From assembly GCF_035084215.1 (NCBI RefSeq), contig NC_090336.1:29078001-29142000 (forward strand): a DNA stretch of 64,000 bases, read 5' to 3'. The translations under genes and the position numbers were made by a program. The notes below the pieces were generated by a model that had not been told where the DNA came from, ran no database searches, and saw nothing but the letters and a program-made list of their open reading frames with translations. Position 1 is the first letter of the stretch. The number at the start of each line of letters is the position of its first letter. This document shows, in pieces, positions 1 through 13,913 of this stretch. This DNA is from Heptranchias perlo. Lineage: Eukaryota.

Positions 1-942
1 CTTCTTCACTGTCCACAATGCCACCAATCTTGGTGTCATCTGCAAACTTACTAACCATGCCTCCTAAATTCTCATCCAAATCATTAATATAAATAACAAA
101 TAACAGCGGACCCAGCACCGATCCCTGAGGCACACCGCTGGACACAGGCATCCAGTTTGAAAAACAACCCTCTACAACCACCCTCTGTCTTCTGTCGTCA
201 AGCCAATTTTGTATCCAATTGGCTACCTCACCTTGGATCCCGTGAGATTTAACCTTGTGTAACAACCTACCATGCGGTACCTTGTCAAAGGCTTTGCTGA
301 AGTCCATGTAGACCACATCTACTGCACAGCCCTCATCTATCTTCTTGGTTACCCCTTCAAAAAACTCAATCAAATTCGTGAGACATGATTTTCCTCTCAC
401 AAAACCATGCTGACTGTTCCTAATCAGTCCCTGCCTCTCCAAATGCCTGTAGATCCTGTCCCTCAGAATACCCTCTAACAACTTACCCACTACAGATGTC
501 AGGCTCACCGGTCTGTAGTTCCCAGGCTTTTCCCTGCCGCCCTTCTTAAACAAAGGCACAACATTTGCTACCCTCCAATCTTCAGGCACCTCACCTGTAG
601 CGGTGGATGATTCAAATATCTCTGCTAGGGGACCCGCAATTTCCTCCCTAACCTCCCATAACGTCCTGGGATACATTTCATCAGGTCCAGGAGATTTATC
701 TACCTTGATGCGCGTTAAGACTTCTAGCACCTCCCTCTCTGTAATATGTACACTCCTCAAGACATCACTATTTATTTCCCCAAGTTCCCTAACATCCATG
801 CCTTTCTCAACCGTAAATACCGATGTGAAATATTCATTCAGGATCTCACCCATCTCTTGTGGTTCCACACATAGATGACCTTGTTGATCCTTAAGAGGCC
901 CTACTCTCTCCCTAGTTACTCTTTTGCCCTTTATGTATTTGT
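1..942 (-). mobile_element. CR1 LINE fragment (RT region)
   Basis: Reverse strand carries [19 protein letters not shown] and DKSPGPD. Confidence 0.9.
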
Positions 943-2344
943 ATGGGTTTTGCCTGTTAACTAGTCACTCTGTGCAATGTGGCAACCAGGTTCCCACAAA
1001 TCATTCAAAATGCTTTGTGAATTTATTTTTCATCTAACATTATTTCCTTCAGTAACTAATATTTCTAATGTCAAAATAAAAGTTTAAACAAAATATATTT
1101 TTTTAATTAGATATTTCACATTAACGTGATTAAATTCTCGTGTCTTTTAATGCCTTCATTAGTTTTTACTTGAAGACCTCAGCATCTCCCAAAGCCTAAG
1201 CTTGGAGTTGAAGCGCCTTGGGATGTTTTATGATGTCAAAGACACTACATAACTGCAAGTTGTTGTTGTTCATACGTTTGCTCAGAAGAATGCGATTTCT
1301 GCAGTCTGACCATGTGCAGTACACCTAATTTCCCAGGATGTATCAGTAAGTCAGCTGTACCAATGGAATATTTTCCATCAGCTTCTAGCACTTTTTGCCC
1401 AGTAGCCTTTTTAAAAAATGATTGTGAAAAACAATGGGATAAATTTCAACACTAAGTAAAACATTATATTGATTTTTTGTTTTAGAGACTGAGAGTGAAA
1501 AGGTGATCAGCTACAAGTGTGTTAGTAGTGCAACGTTTTGTGTTTACAAACTTCAGATAACATATTAAGCTGAGAGCGAGCATAGGGGTGACAGCGCACA
1601 ATGGGGTGAGAGCACGAGTGCTCTAGGGGGGTTGAGAGGGGGAACAGAGAGAAGGGGGCAGTTTTCTAGCTGCTTTCCTTGCTCTTGATTTCTATATTCC
1701 CTGCTCCTCAGTTCAGAGTTGTTGCTATTTCATTTTGACAAACACTGAAGCAAGAGGATAGAGGTGCATGCTATCATAGCAATATTTTGATTTCTCTCTT
1801 TATGGATATTGTAGCTTTAAACTGAGCTGTTGAAGGTAATATTCAGTCAAATACAGAATTTAAAATACTGTTTTTTTAATGTGGAGTTTGGTAACTTAAA
1901 GGGGAAGAAAAGTCTGGGTTATTACTCTGTTCACAGTACTCTCCAATGACTATTGCAAATTATGTTTATAAAAATAAGCCTTTTTTTTAAACCTGGTTTC
2001 TTATGTGAACAGACATTTGAACACTGTATTGGGTCTCCCTGCCTATAAGCTGCAGTGACATCACTCATGGGAAGAAGCTGCTTGCTGCATGTGGGGCCCA
2101 CATTTTTGGATTGACCGCTGACCAAATCTGTAGCTGCCAAGACCCAAGAAAAGCACTTTAAACAAAAACTCTGACAGAGATCAGCTAACTCAGTGCAGAT
2201 CAAGAATTATCTGATAGTTCAGATTCACATTGGGAAATGTACTGATTAAATGAGTGAGACACAGAACGAGCTCAAGCAAGACAGTTTTGAATAATCATAT
2301 TATATGCTTCTTATATTTCTGAAGTGTATAAAAGGATATTTTAC

Positions 2345-2461
2345 CTTTTCTGAGATACTTCAGGTATGTGAAAAATCCAATGCCCAGGATCACTATACAC
2401 ATCAATACACTAACAAATACGCTCCCAACTATTATTCCGACTGGTGTAACAACTTTTGGTT
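2345..2461 (-). CDS. NCR3LG1-like: Gene B exon: transmembrane segment (absent from the ORF track)
   Basis: ctacag|AA ... AAA G|GTAAAA; 117 nt, phase 1-1. EPKVVTPVGIIVGSVFVSVLMCIVILGIGFFTYLKYLRK parallels the gene A TM exon. Confidence 0.88.
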
Positions 2462-2917
2462 CTGTAGATAAAACACAACGTTCATTTTAACAGTAAATGG
2501 CAAAATAGAGCAACATCTGCAAATTAGGACTTATTCTAAGACAATGATTTATCTTAAAGCAAAACAGAAAATACTACAAATGCACAGCAAGTTGAAAGAG
2601 AAAGGTTAACATTTCAGTTTGAAGCTTCTTCAGAGTTCTGATTAACATTAACAAATCTCCCTCATCTGTCGATCGACCTGTTGCATCTTTTCAGCGCTTT
2701 TTGATTTTACTTGAGTTCCAGAATTTGCAGATTTTTTTTTACTCTTCTCAATGGTTTACATTTGTGAAATGAAAATGTAGCTTTCTTAATTCATGGCACA
2801 CTGCACTGCGCATCAGAAGCAAGTCACATCAATTAAAAAACAAAAAGTAAAAAACCATCCAGATGCTAGAAATCTGAAACAAAAACAGAAAATGCTGCAA
2901 ACATTGCGATCAAGCAG

Positions 2918-4925
2918 CATAAGAACATAAGAAACAGGAGCAGTAGGTCACATGGCCCCCCGAGTCTGCTCCGCCATTCAATCACATCATGACTGATCTT
3001 CGACCTCAATTCCACTTTCCTGCCCGATCCCATATTCCTTGATTCCCCTAGAGTCTAGAAATCTGTCTATCTCAGCCTTGAATATATTCAATGACACAGC
3101 ATCCACAGCCCTCTGGGGTAGAGAATTCCAAAGATTCGCAATCCTCTGAGTGAAGAAATTCCTCATCTCAGCCTTAAATGGCCGACCCCTTATCCTGCGA
3201 CTATGCCCCCTAGTTCTAGACTCTCCAGCCAGGGGAAACAACCTTTCAGCATTTACCCTGTCAAGCCCCCTTGTAATCTTATGTTTCAATGAGATCACCT
3301 CTCATTCTTCTAAACTCGAGTGTATAGGCACATTCTACTCAACCTCGCCTCATAGGACAACCATCTTATCCTAGGAATTAATCTAGTGAACCTTCGCTGT
3401 ACCACCTCTAAGACAAGTATATCCTTCCTTAGATAAGGAGACCAAAACTGTACACAGTAGTCCAGGTGAGGTCTCACCAAAGCCCTGTACAATTGTAGTA
3501 ATACTTCCTTACTTTTGTACTCCAGCTCCCTTGAAATAAAGGCCAACATTCCATTTGCTTTCCTAATTGCCTGCTGTACGTGCATGCTAACTTTTTATGT
3601 TTCTTTACAAGGACACCCAAGTCTCTCTGAACACCAACATTTAAGTTTCCCATTTAAAAAATATTCTGTTTTTCTATTCTTCCTACCAAAGTGAATAATC
3701 TCACATTTCCCCACATTATACTCCATCTGCCAACTTTTTGTCCACTCATTTAACTTTTCTATATCCCTTTGCAGACTCTGTCCTCCTCACAGCTTACTTT
3801 CCCACCTAGCTTTGTATCATCAGCAAACTTGGATACATTACACCCGGTCCCTTCATCAAAGTCATTAATGTGGATTGTAAATAGCTGAGGCCCAAGCAAC
3901 GATCCTTGCAGCACCCCAGTAGTTACAGCCTGCCAACCTGAAAATGACCCGTTTATCCATACTCGTTTCCTGTCCGTTAACCAATCCTCTATCCACGCTA
4001 ATATATTACCCACAACCCCATGAGCCCTTATAACCTTTTGTGTGTCACCTTATCGAATGCCTTTTGAAAATCCAAATATACTAGATCCACTGGTTCCCCT
4101 TTATCTACCCTGCTAGTTACATCCTCAAAAAACTCCAGTAGATTTGTGAAACACGATTTCCATTTCATAAAACCATGTTGACTTTGCCTATCATATTACG
4201 ATGTTCTAAGTGCCCTGTTAGAACTTCCTTAATAATGGATTCCAGCATTTTCCCGATGACTGACGTCAGGCTAACTGGCCTGTAGTTCCCTGTTTTGTGT
4301 CTCCCTCCTTTCTTGAATAGCGGGGTCAACATTTGCTACCTTCCAATCTGCTGGGACCATTCTAGAATCTAGGAAATTTTGGTAGATCATAACCAATGCA
4401 TCCAGTATCTCTGCAGCCACCTCTTTTAGAATCCTAGGATGTAGCCCATCAGGTCCAAGGGATTTATCAGCTTTTAGTCCCATTAGTTTCTCAAGTACTT
4501 TTTCTCTATATTGATTGTTCCTCACTCTCATCAGACCCTTGGTTCCCCACTATTTCTGGTATGTTTTTTGTGTCTTCTACTGTGAAGACAGATACAAAAT
4601 ATTTATTTAACGCATCTGCCATTTCCTGATTCCCCATTATAATTTCTCCTGTTTCAGCCTCTAAGGGACCAATGTTTACTTTTGCTACACTCTTTTTACA
4701 TACTTGTAGAAGCTCTTACAATCCGTTTTTATATTTCATGCTAGTTTATTTTCATGTTCCATGTTCTCTCTTTTTATCAATTTTTTGGTCGTCCTTTGCT
4801 GGTTTCTAAAACTCTCCCAATCCTCAGGCTTACTACTCTTCTTGGCAACATTGTAGGCCTCTTCTTTTAATCTAATACTATCCATAACTTCTTTAGTTAG
4901 CCACGGGTGGATCACTTTTCCGTGG
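2918..4925 (-). mobile_element. CR1 LINE, 5'-truncated, with tail repeat
   Basis: ORFs with KFADDTKLGG and LYRALVRPHLDYCVQFWSP; cataagaacataagaa tail. Confidence 0.92.
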
Positions 4926-5609
4926 AGAACAGACTGTGGAGAGAACAGACAAGTTAATGTTTCAGGTGCTGAACCTTCCTCAAAACAGAAAAGTAAGAGG
5001 CAGACAGGGATATTAATACAATTAGAGGGGAAGGGGAAAATATCAATTGTTTAAAACTGACAAATCCAGAGAGGAATACTGAGTGGAATGATGCAACAGG
5101 CAAATTCAGTAATGGATTAAAACGTTAAAGGAACAAAGAGAATATAACAAATGAACAGCATTTAAAAAGGAACAGAACAAATGGAAGGGCAGGGAATGAG
5201 AAAATAGGAAGCATAATGAGAGGAATCAAAAAAATTAAAGGCATTTACATTACACAGAGAACATATGAATAGCTGAGGCTGTGGGAGGTTAGGCAGGTAT
5301 AAACTAAAGCACAAAAAATTGGCAAAGCAGAGTAGAATCCAGCAGTTCAGGAACCTAGGAAAAGAATAAAAGCAGGTTGACACCAAGAACGCAGGCTGCC
5401 CCACCAGTAGAACGTTCACTGCCCCCTGGAAACACCAGCATACCCATCCCACATCACCAGTAACTCCTGCCAAGGAGAAAGTGGGAGCTGAAGTTATTAA
5501 AGTCAATATTAAGGCTAGAGGGTTGCAGAGTGCTGAGAAGAAAAATCTGCATTTTCCAACACAAACCAGACTTCAAATAAACGTGCATCAAACACAAAAA
5601 AAAACTTAC

Positions 5610-5930
5610 CTTTGACAGTCAGTTGGGTCTCCAATTTTAAATCATTAATAAGCGATCTATGTTTCACGTGGCATATATAAACATTACCGCTGTCTTTGAG
5701 TGTTGGGCGTAACCTCATACGGCTAGAAATGCTGTAGGTTCCATCTTCATTTTTAACTGGGGATCCCGTGCAGATATGTTTTAAAATGATTTGTTCCTCA
5801 TCGTTTGTTTTCTGTATCCAACTCATCTCAATTAGGATAGGATAAAAGCCAACACTGTCACACCTCACTGCCTTCTCTGTACCATTCTCAATTGTGATAG
5901 AGGTTGATGATAAGGTCACCTGAGGTTTAG
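5610..5930 (-). CDS. NCR3LG1-like: Gene B exon: Ig C1-set domain
   Basis: ttcacag|CT ... AAA G|GTAAGT; 321 nt, the same length as the gene A C1 exon. CDSVGFYP..W..CTGSPVKNEDGTYS..YICHVKHRSL. Confidence 0.93.
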
Positions 5931-6429
5931 CTGTGAAGATCAATACAACAGATATTAAACATTTAATATTACTAGTTTTTTTCACCCTTTTAGGGCAAGT
6001 TATGACTGCACACATTGAAATGTCTGGAGCTGAAAATATCCTTTTCTCACAACTGAGGAGAAAAGTATGCTAAGTATAGAGGAATGGACTATATTAGCAG
6101 AACTTAGTATAATCAGTTGTCTCTACCCTCAGAAAACAGACATGATGCTGCCATTTCCTAGCTTAATGCAAAGGAAAATAAAAGGAAAACCACTTAATTT
6201 CACTGTTTTCCTAAATATAATAAGGAACAATACCGTTTACCATTTTCTTTCCAACAGTCCCTGTTAACCAGCTTTATTTGCATGAGACTTACTGGTTAGA
6301 CACACTGTACCAGCAGACATTTTGTGTGAAGTCCACTTTCGTGTGACATTATGAAACCAAAGAATGGATTGTGAGCAACGCCATTCATTTATTGCACAAT
6401 TAGAGTGAAGTAAAAGAAAATAAACAGTA

Positions 6430-6870
6430 ACTTGCATTTATATTGTGCTTTTCATCACATCAGAACATTCCAAAGCACTTTACAGCCAATGAAGTACTTT
6501 TTGAAGTGTGCTCACTGTTGCAATGTAGGCAAACATGGCAGCCAAATTGTGCACAGTAAAGTCCCACAAACCTCAACGAGATAAGTGATCAGATAATCTG
6601 TTCATAGTGGTGATCATTGGGGGATAAATGTGGGCCAGGACACCAGGAGAATTCCCTTGCTCTTCTTTAAGTATTGCTGTGGGATCTTTCACATCCACCT
6701 GAGAGGGCAGATGGGGTTTAACATCTCATCCAAAAGTCAGCACCTCTGACTGTGGAGTACTGCACTGAAGTATCAATCTAGGTTATCTTCTCAATTCTCT
6801 GGAGTGGGGCTTGAATCCGCAACCTTCTGACTCAGAGGCAAGTGTGCTACCACTGAGCCAAGGCTGACAT
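6430..6870 (-). mobile_element. SINE-like repeat with L2-type tail (relatives at 15660-15920, 35950-36210, 45760-46190)
   Basis: tRNA-like head (ctcagtggtagcacacttgcctctgagtcagaaggttgcggattcaagcccc on the minus strand) and the shared acttgcatttata end. Confidence 0.7.
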
Positions 6871-9137
6871 TTGCAATAGTGTTATAGGAGAGGCTCTACA
6901 TAAAATGTCTGCTCCTACATTGCCTCTAATTAGCTGTTCTAAAGCAGGGTTGTGACCAACTTCAATGTGTACTGGTATCACCCTGCATAACATTGAGATA
7001 ATATGATATTTCATCTTCAGTACAGGAAGGCAAGTATTGGAGCTATTTTACACCAACTACTGTTTAAAATACTGCAATGACCTGCATTTATGAAACAAGC
7101 TTAGGTCAAATCTGGCAAAATACTCCAAATCATTTGTTCTTTTTTACCCTGAGAACCATACAAGATCAACTACTAAAGTCTTCATTCTCAAATCATTTGC
7201 ATTGCTAATTTTTGAAAAGGAATTATTCTTGCTATTTACATTTGCAAAGCATTCAACAAGATTTAGTTACAACCAGTATGTCAAATTATGACACCAATAC
7301 AAATTTTGCTAGCAAATGAAACAGTGGGTTTGTCACCACACTAGGCTGAGTCCTAAGTTGTATACTCAGACCCTTCTGCCTTATCCCACACTTCCCACCC
7401 TAACTTCCTCAACAAGACCCAGCCCATGAACGCTCCTTCCTCCCACCCTATTCCAATGTCCCAGATATCTCCCTTCAATCCTCAGTTTTCAGACTCCACT
7501 TCAAGTGCTCTCACCGATAGTCACAGGCAACAGCTCTCTTTCCATGAGTGATGTCAGAGGCCAGCTAGCTCCAAAGTCTTTCTAGGTCCAGGCCATAACC
7601 TAACACTCCAAACCTATCCTTCACAACTATTCTCAATTTCAGTCCTGTCCTGTTCACACACCCTCTGAAGCATTCATACCCTCTGCCCCTTCCTTCCCAC
7701 ATTCGACCCAATGCTACCCATCAACTGCAGACCCTTCCTGCCCCTCCTGACCATCAATCCCACCTTCTGTTTCAACCGCCCACCTTTGTACCAGCCTCTT
7801 CCTACCCTGCTATATGACAGCTTTCATCTTCCTGCATACCTTAGGATTTAAGAATGGCATAGATGGACATGAAGCATCAGTAAAGAAACCTGGGTGAGAC
7901 AAACATAATGTCATGCAAAAGCCAGTAGACAGAGGGGAGGAAAGACTTAAACAGAAGTAATGGTGAAAAAAGTCAAGAATAAGAGACACCAAAATAAGAG
8001 TGTGAGAAAGTAATGTCCCTAAAAAAAAAAGAAACATAACTTGGAGGAGGCCAAATGCCCAGTTTCATGGTGGAAGTGCAAGTGCCTCCTTCCATGACAC
8101 GTGCACAGGCTTATTTATTTACATGTAACTGTGGTATGCAAGAGCAACATTTATTTTTTTTTACATGCAGTAAGAAAAGCACTTTATTTCCCAGGAATCA
8201 ATGAAAACACAATGACTTCACTATCTGAGCTCAACTCTCACAATCTTCTTTCAAAATCCTCTGCAGCAGTATAACCTCCAACTCAATATCATGGGTAATC
8301 TGCTGGTATACTAATAAATTAACCAAGTAAATTTAACGAAAGGAACTCACCAAGTTTGATATGGTAACTTGTTGATAGAATTGTGCATGTCAAAATATGA
8401 ACAATGACAGACAGGAAAAGACCCTCTGGTCAATCCAGTCTGTCCCATACAATTGTGATAACTTGTGCATCACAATATATAAACTCCCCATCCCACCCAA
8501 AACCATGTGATCTCCTGAGAGACGAAAAACCAGATAAACGTCCAAGTCAAATTTGGCAGGAAAAAATCTGGGAAATTCCCTTCCGACCCCCCCCCCCATC
8601 TTTAGGTGATCGAAACTAGTCCATTAGATCACCCTGGCCCTGATAATTTTATGCTGTACCTACCTTTTGTATGAGGTGATCTCTACCCCAGCCAGAAAAA
8701 GGTCCAGCTCTCGCTTGAAGGAATTCAGCAAATCGGCTGACTATAGTATATAGTGCTACATACTTCAGGATCAGGGTGATTATGCCAAGTTTGGGCGGGG
8801 GGGGGGTGGGGAGAAACGGAGGGGGAGGTGGGGGTAGGTAGCCGCTCAGGATGCATACGAGCTATCCTGTAGTACTATACCAATACATGCAATTATGTCA
8901 ACTTAATGTTTCAATGTCGGCTCCTCAAATACCTATAAAAAATTATCCAACTCCAACCATACTTAAATCAATTTACTTTTTAAAAAATGTAAAAGTACAG
9001 TAATACCACTAAACTGCTTATAGTTGCATACATATAGTTTCACTGAATATCTTTGCCTGATTTGCTTTAAATTTATTGTAGTAGCAATTCAGCAGATTGT
9101 ACGAACAAAGGAAGAAATCATTCTTAGTGATTCTTAC

Positions 9138-9503
9138 CAGAAACAGTCATTGACGATTTTCCACTTGCATTGTCTGAGATTATAAAAACAACACAGGTGT
9201 AATCTCCTTCTTCAGTAAATTGAACACTTGGAAGAAAAAGGGAAGCAATTCCATTCTTCAACTCATCATCATAAATTGTGGCTCCTTTTCTGTATGGTGT
9301 ACGTTTTCCACCGTTGAATTGATACACCTCTCGTCTGCTAGAATCTGGAGAACCTAATTCTTGGACGAACCACTGAACTCCCACATGTTGAAGGTCAATT
9401 TCTTTAGTCGTGTAACCAGACACTCGGCATTCCAGAACAATATCGTTATTTACAATGGCTTCCACAGTTCTCGAATTCATCGACACAATTAGGCCACTTT
9501 CCA
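9138..9503 (-). CDS. NCR3LG1-like: Gene B exon: Ig V-set domain, B7-H6/NCR3LG1-like
   Basis: attgcag|TG ... TCT G|GTAAGA; 366 nt, phase 1-1. IVLECRVSGY..VGVQWF..RKGA..LKNGIASLFLP..EEGDYTCVVF; clear paralog of the gene A V domain. Confidence 0.92.
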
Positions 9504-10691
9504 CTGCAATAATAAAGGTCAAAATTTATCAATATATAAATCAGTTTCCTAACAAAAAATAGAACATAAAGTTTTAGAAAATAATGATTAATGTTGTTAA
9601 AATAAACATGAATTTTCGTTACGAAGAAGACTGACAGCCGGCCCTATAATAGACACTATCATAGGATTACAGCAAATGCAAACTCCTGGTGGTTCATATC
9701 AGTCGCCAGTCTTTGAAAATGCTGAGGTCTTAAGCCACATGTATAAGCCAGAAATGCACTTTTAACATTGTTGGCCTATACAGGGAGGCCTGCGGCAAGA
9801 AATTTTAAATTGTGACTGCAACATGCAAGGAAATTCAGATGCACAGCTATTTCTAACTGCGGTTGCAATTTGAAAACAATTGTACATACAACTGTATCTC
9901 AGCTGTTACCAGTACTGAGTTCTGACTTGAAATGTGAATAGAATCAATTTTAAAATATGAATGGGGTATTACAAAGATCCCCAAAGAACCAAGCTAAATA
10001 AGTCCAGCATCAACAATAAATCCAAAAAACAAAATTCATCACAGAGGCAGGATGGGAAGATGTAATTAAGAGCATGAGAAGAGCATGGGCGGAGAATAAA
10101 TACCAGCTAGACCGAATGGCCTGTTAGTGTGTTGTAGATTCCATGTAATTCTATGTAACCTATTTGAGTCGGCATCTCATCAACTGCTCCATTCCAGTTT
10201 GCTTCTACCAATATCTTTGATACAAACCAGAGCGCTATTGGATACAATATTTCTTCCACACTTATTTGGTCCAACAGTGCAACATATTTGCTTCTTTGTT
10301 GCTTGTGCTTTATTTGTTATGCCAATGGACAAATATTGCCTCCAACAGATCCGAGAGACATCTGCTACACATCATACAAAGGATGATGATTTGCTTGCAA
10401 TTCCACATCCAAAATTTTCAATATCCCATGAGGGCAAACATCATTGTCACGGACACCAGATTCCAATGACTGAATAAGTCAAATTTCAGTTAAAAAAAAA
10501 TTACGTATTTCACAATAGGATTAAACTTAACCATCAAGTTGTCATTTAGTAGCTTCATAAATGTTTTTACTTGAAGGCCTCAGCCTCTCCCAAAAGCCTG
10601 GACTTGGCTTTGACATTCTTTCTCAAAGCTATGATTCTCTTTGCTTAAGACAGATTCATCAGTAGCACTTTTTCCGCCCAACTGACACAAT

Positions 10692-11307
10692 GGCCTCGAT
10701 ATTAACCCCCATGGCGGCAGGTATCAGGGCTTCCCCAGTGGAGAGGTGGGACGCTTAATTAACATATTTAAATCGGGCATCCACACAGCAACCGGGAGCC
10801 CGATTTGAAAATTACTGCTCCTGCATAGGTTTCCCAGCGGCTGGGGGGAACTCGGCAGTGAAACAGAGGCAGGAGCTGCCCGCTCCCCAAGGTAAGGTTC
10901 AGCACTCCTCGTGGGCCAGGCGGAGCAGGAGTGCTCAGTCCAGGTCCCTAAAGGAAACCTTCGGCCTCCCCTAGTCCCGATCGACAACCTTCCACACCCC
11001 CTACACCCCTGATTGCCGACCTCCTCCCAGCGGCGATTGCTGACCTTCCCCCACCCCTCCCGATCCCAGGCCTCTCCCCCCTCCTGACTGCCGGGGACTG
11101 TCCCCAAGGGTCCCCAGCTGTAGCCGCCTGCCGCTGGAGTTCCCTCTCACCCGCCAGCCAGGCTGTCCATTTGGCCGGACCTACAAAACGTTAATGAGGT
11201 CCTGCCGTTAAGATCGGCAGGATTGCTACATCCCCGGCCTAGCCGGGTTCTTCGGCCGTTTTCGACCTCACCCGCAACCCCCCCGCCGTCCTGTAAATAT
11301 CGGGGCC
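10692..11307. mobile_element. Non-autonomous DNA transposon (Harbinger-type MITE)
   Basis: TIRs ggcctcgatatt / aatatcggggcc and a 3 bp AAT duplication. Confidence 0.75.
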
Positions 11308-12084
11308 AATGCTTCTCTTCAGTTTCTAACAGTATCTTGTTTGGTTGCTCTTCAAAATTATTTGAAGAAAAGCTACAGGTCATATTTCAAAAGCTTTATT
11401 CAAATACTTTATATTTAATGTTTTTCACAAAGACTTTTTTTTAAACAAGAGGCTGTTTGTGAGAGAATAAACTCCACTTCAAACAGTGATTACACAATCG
11501 TTGTATCTTTATGTTTGAATTATCAATGTTTATTTTTCTCAGTGGGAGAAAATCAAATTGTGTTTATTTCCATTTATGTGTTTTTGGAAACGATTTGAAT
11601 ATAAATTGGAAATTGAATCAAAGCATTGAATGAATTGATCTCTTAGAAATTTACCAATGATGGCTCTCTCGCCCCAGTGCCGTCAGACTCTCTCCCATCA
11701 CTGCTGACAGACCCCAGGAACCAGTGAACTTATCCCCCCTATTCCACTTCAAATTCTATCAAACCCCAAGCTTCTCCTCCACTGTGGTCTCAGACCACAT
11801 ACCTACCCTTGCTATTAAGCCACAGGGGCCCGTGCTGCATTTCTCCAGGATGCGCAACGCAGGGACTGCCAAAGTTCAGAATACATGCCCTCTTCTGCCA
11901 AAGTTGAGAGCCATCACATTTCAAGGAGCTAAATTCTAGATCAAGGAACACAAGATCCAGTCATAATCCCTGGATTACTCCCAGTGCCAACCACTGGACT
12001 AGAGAGAGAGAAAGATTCGGATTGTCAACGTGTGACTGAAAGGATGCTTTAGAAGGAAGGGTTTCAGATTCCTGGGACATGAGG

Positions 12085-12622
12085 TCAGACCTCATCTGGA
12101 GTATTATGTTCAGTTTTGAGCACTGAACCTCAGGAAAGATATTGGCCTTGGAGGAGGCTTAGCAAAGACTACCAAAATGATACCAAGGCAAAGGGTTAAG
12201 TTATGAGGATAGGTTGCATAAACTTGATTTGTATTCCCTTGAGTTTAGAAAATTATGGGGTGATCTAATCAAGGTGTTTAAAATGATAAAGAGATTCAAT
12301 AGGGTAGATACCGAGAAACTATTTTTCTGGTGCAGAAATCCAGAACAAGAGGGCATAATCTTACAATTAGATCTAGGCCATTCAAAAGGTGATATCAGAA
12401 AGCATTTATTCACACAGAGAGTTGTGGAAATCTGGAACTCGCTAGGCTGTTGAGGCTACGTCAGTTGAAAATTTCAAAACGGAGATCGATAGATTTTTGT
12501 TAGGCAAGAGTATTAAGGGTTACTGAACCAAAGTGGGTAGATGGAGTTAAGGTACAGATCAACCATGATCTAACTGAATGGTGGAACAGGCTCGAGGGGC
12601 TGAACGGCCTACTTCTGTTCCT
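12085..12622 (+). mobile_element. CR1 3' fragment
   Basis: LYSLEFRKLWGDLI..FTQRVVEIWNSL plus CR1 tail. Confidence 0.85.
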
Positions 12623-13383
12623 AAAAGTACATAGCAACAGACCTGTGCTTGGTGAAAATTTCATATGATTGGAAGTGGAACTGTATCAGCATTCCCTGTT
12701 GAAACAGAGGACTTTCACAAGCAGTACAAACATTGAGAGAGCCTTGCCAGAGAGTCCATGTAGTGTGGAGGAGGGAAAAATGAAGAATGAGAAAATTAAA
12801 AGGAAGAGGCTATGGAGGCAAGATATTAAGAGACTTCATTAACTTGGTTCCCTTCCAGATTTACAGCCCTATATTAAAGCAGTCTGTGCTGCGTTAGCTT
12901 GGAACAACCACAATTAGCCTCGAACCTCTCCTCCCCTTTCCCACTCAGGGAAGGAGGAAGGGGGAAAAACCAGACATGGCTCCTACTTCTGAACAGTATC
13001 CACCACAGTTAAGTAGCCAGTTGGACAATCACTGTTTGGGTTAACACACCAAGAATGGCTATTTGGACCGAGTGTATATTCTTTAAATGCACACAACTTC
13101 ATCTAGAATGCGATTTTAATGACCAAATAAAAGAGAACTACTCAAATAATTAATGTCGATTTTTTTTAAAAATGCATTAATTTATGGTTTGTAACCCAAC
13201 CCCAAAAGGAACATCAGTTACAGACCGGTTGGCTCTGCTCCAATTTTATCTTGACCTCCGGGGGGAATCCACAAACAGCCGAAGTACAAACCCCACCCTC
13301 AACCCTTGAGCCCAGGCTCGAAGTAGCCCAAAGGCCGCCCCGCCCCGCCCCGCCCCAACCCCTCCGGCCATCTCGCACTTTAC

Positions 13384-13441
13384 CTGAAAACGGCACCACG
13401 GCCAACAGCGCGACCACCAGCGAGTTCCCGATCCAACCCAT
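13384..13441 (-). CDS. NCR3LG1-like: Gene B leader (signal peptide) exon
   Basis: GCCATGG Kozak context; MGWIGNSLVVALLAVVPFS+G; donor TCAG|GTAAAG in phase 1, matching the V exon; lies in CpG-rich DNA. Confidence 0.85.
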
Positions 13442-13617
13442 GGCCCACGGCCTCTTTCCCCCCCTCCTCCTCCTCCACTGTGGCCCCAGGTTTTCTCCCC
13501 GCTGTGATCAGGAAGCCGCACCAACAACAACCGCCTCCCCTCCGTCCTCGTTTCACTTTCGCCGCCAGCGGGCAGGAGGAGGCGGTGCGTGCGTGCGTGC
13601 GCGCACCCATTGATTCC

Positions 13618-13913
13618 ATGATGTGGAGATGCCGGTGATGGACTGGGGTTGACAATTGTAAACAATTTTACAACACCAAGTTATAGTCCAGCAATTTTAT
13701 TTTAAATTCACAAGCTTTCGGAGATTTTCTCCTTCCTCAGGCAAATGTTTCAAGATCTCCTTGAAGCCTACGCATTTATACATATTGAACAATAATAAAT
13801 GGTGTTTACAGACTGCCTCTGCAACTGCCCGTTGCCAAGGCAATCACCGTGTTCAGACAGAGAGGTGTTACCTGCAGAACCTCCGAATACACATTCAATA
13901 AAAAAACAAACAG
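13618..13913 (-). mobile_element. Penelope-like element 3' terminal (pLTR) fragment with hammerhead motif
   Basis: Near-identical to the end of the GIY-YIG element at 38215-38540 (caacaccaagttatagtccagcaatttt..aagctttcgg). Confidence 0.85.
13707..13745 (-). ncRNA. Minimal hammerhead motif (pLTR)
   Basis: UUUGC-CUGAGGA-AGGAGAAAAUCUCC-GAAA-GCUU-GUGAA. Confidence 0.62.

Noticed and set aside
1931-2203. 90 aa ORF as the cytoplasmic tail of gene B
   Set aside because: No convincing phase-1 acceptor in that frame and no recognisable motif.
5610-9503. Tapasin/TAPBPR or SIRP identity
   Set aside because: The leader joins directly to V with no tapasin N-terminal domain, and the V/C1 motifs fit B7-H6 better. 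A phylogeny is still needed.
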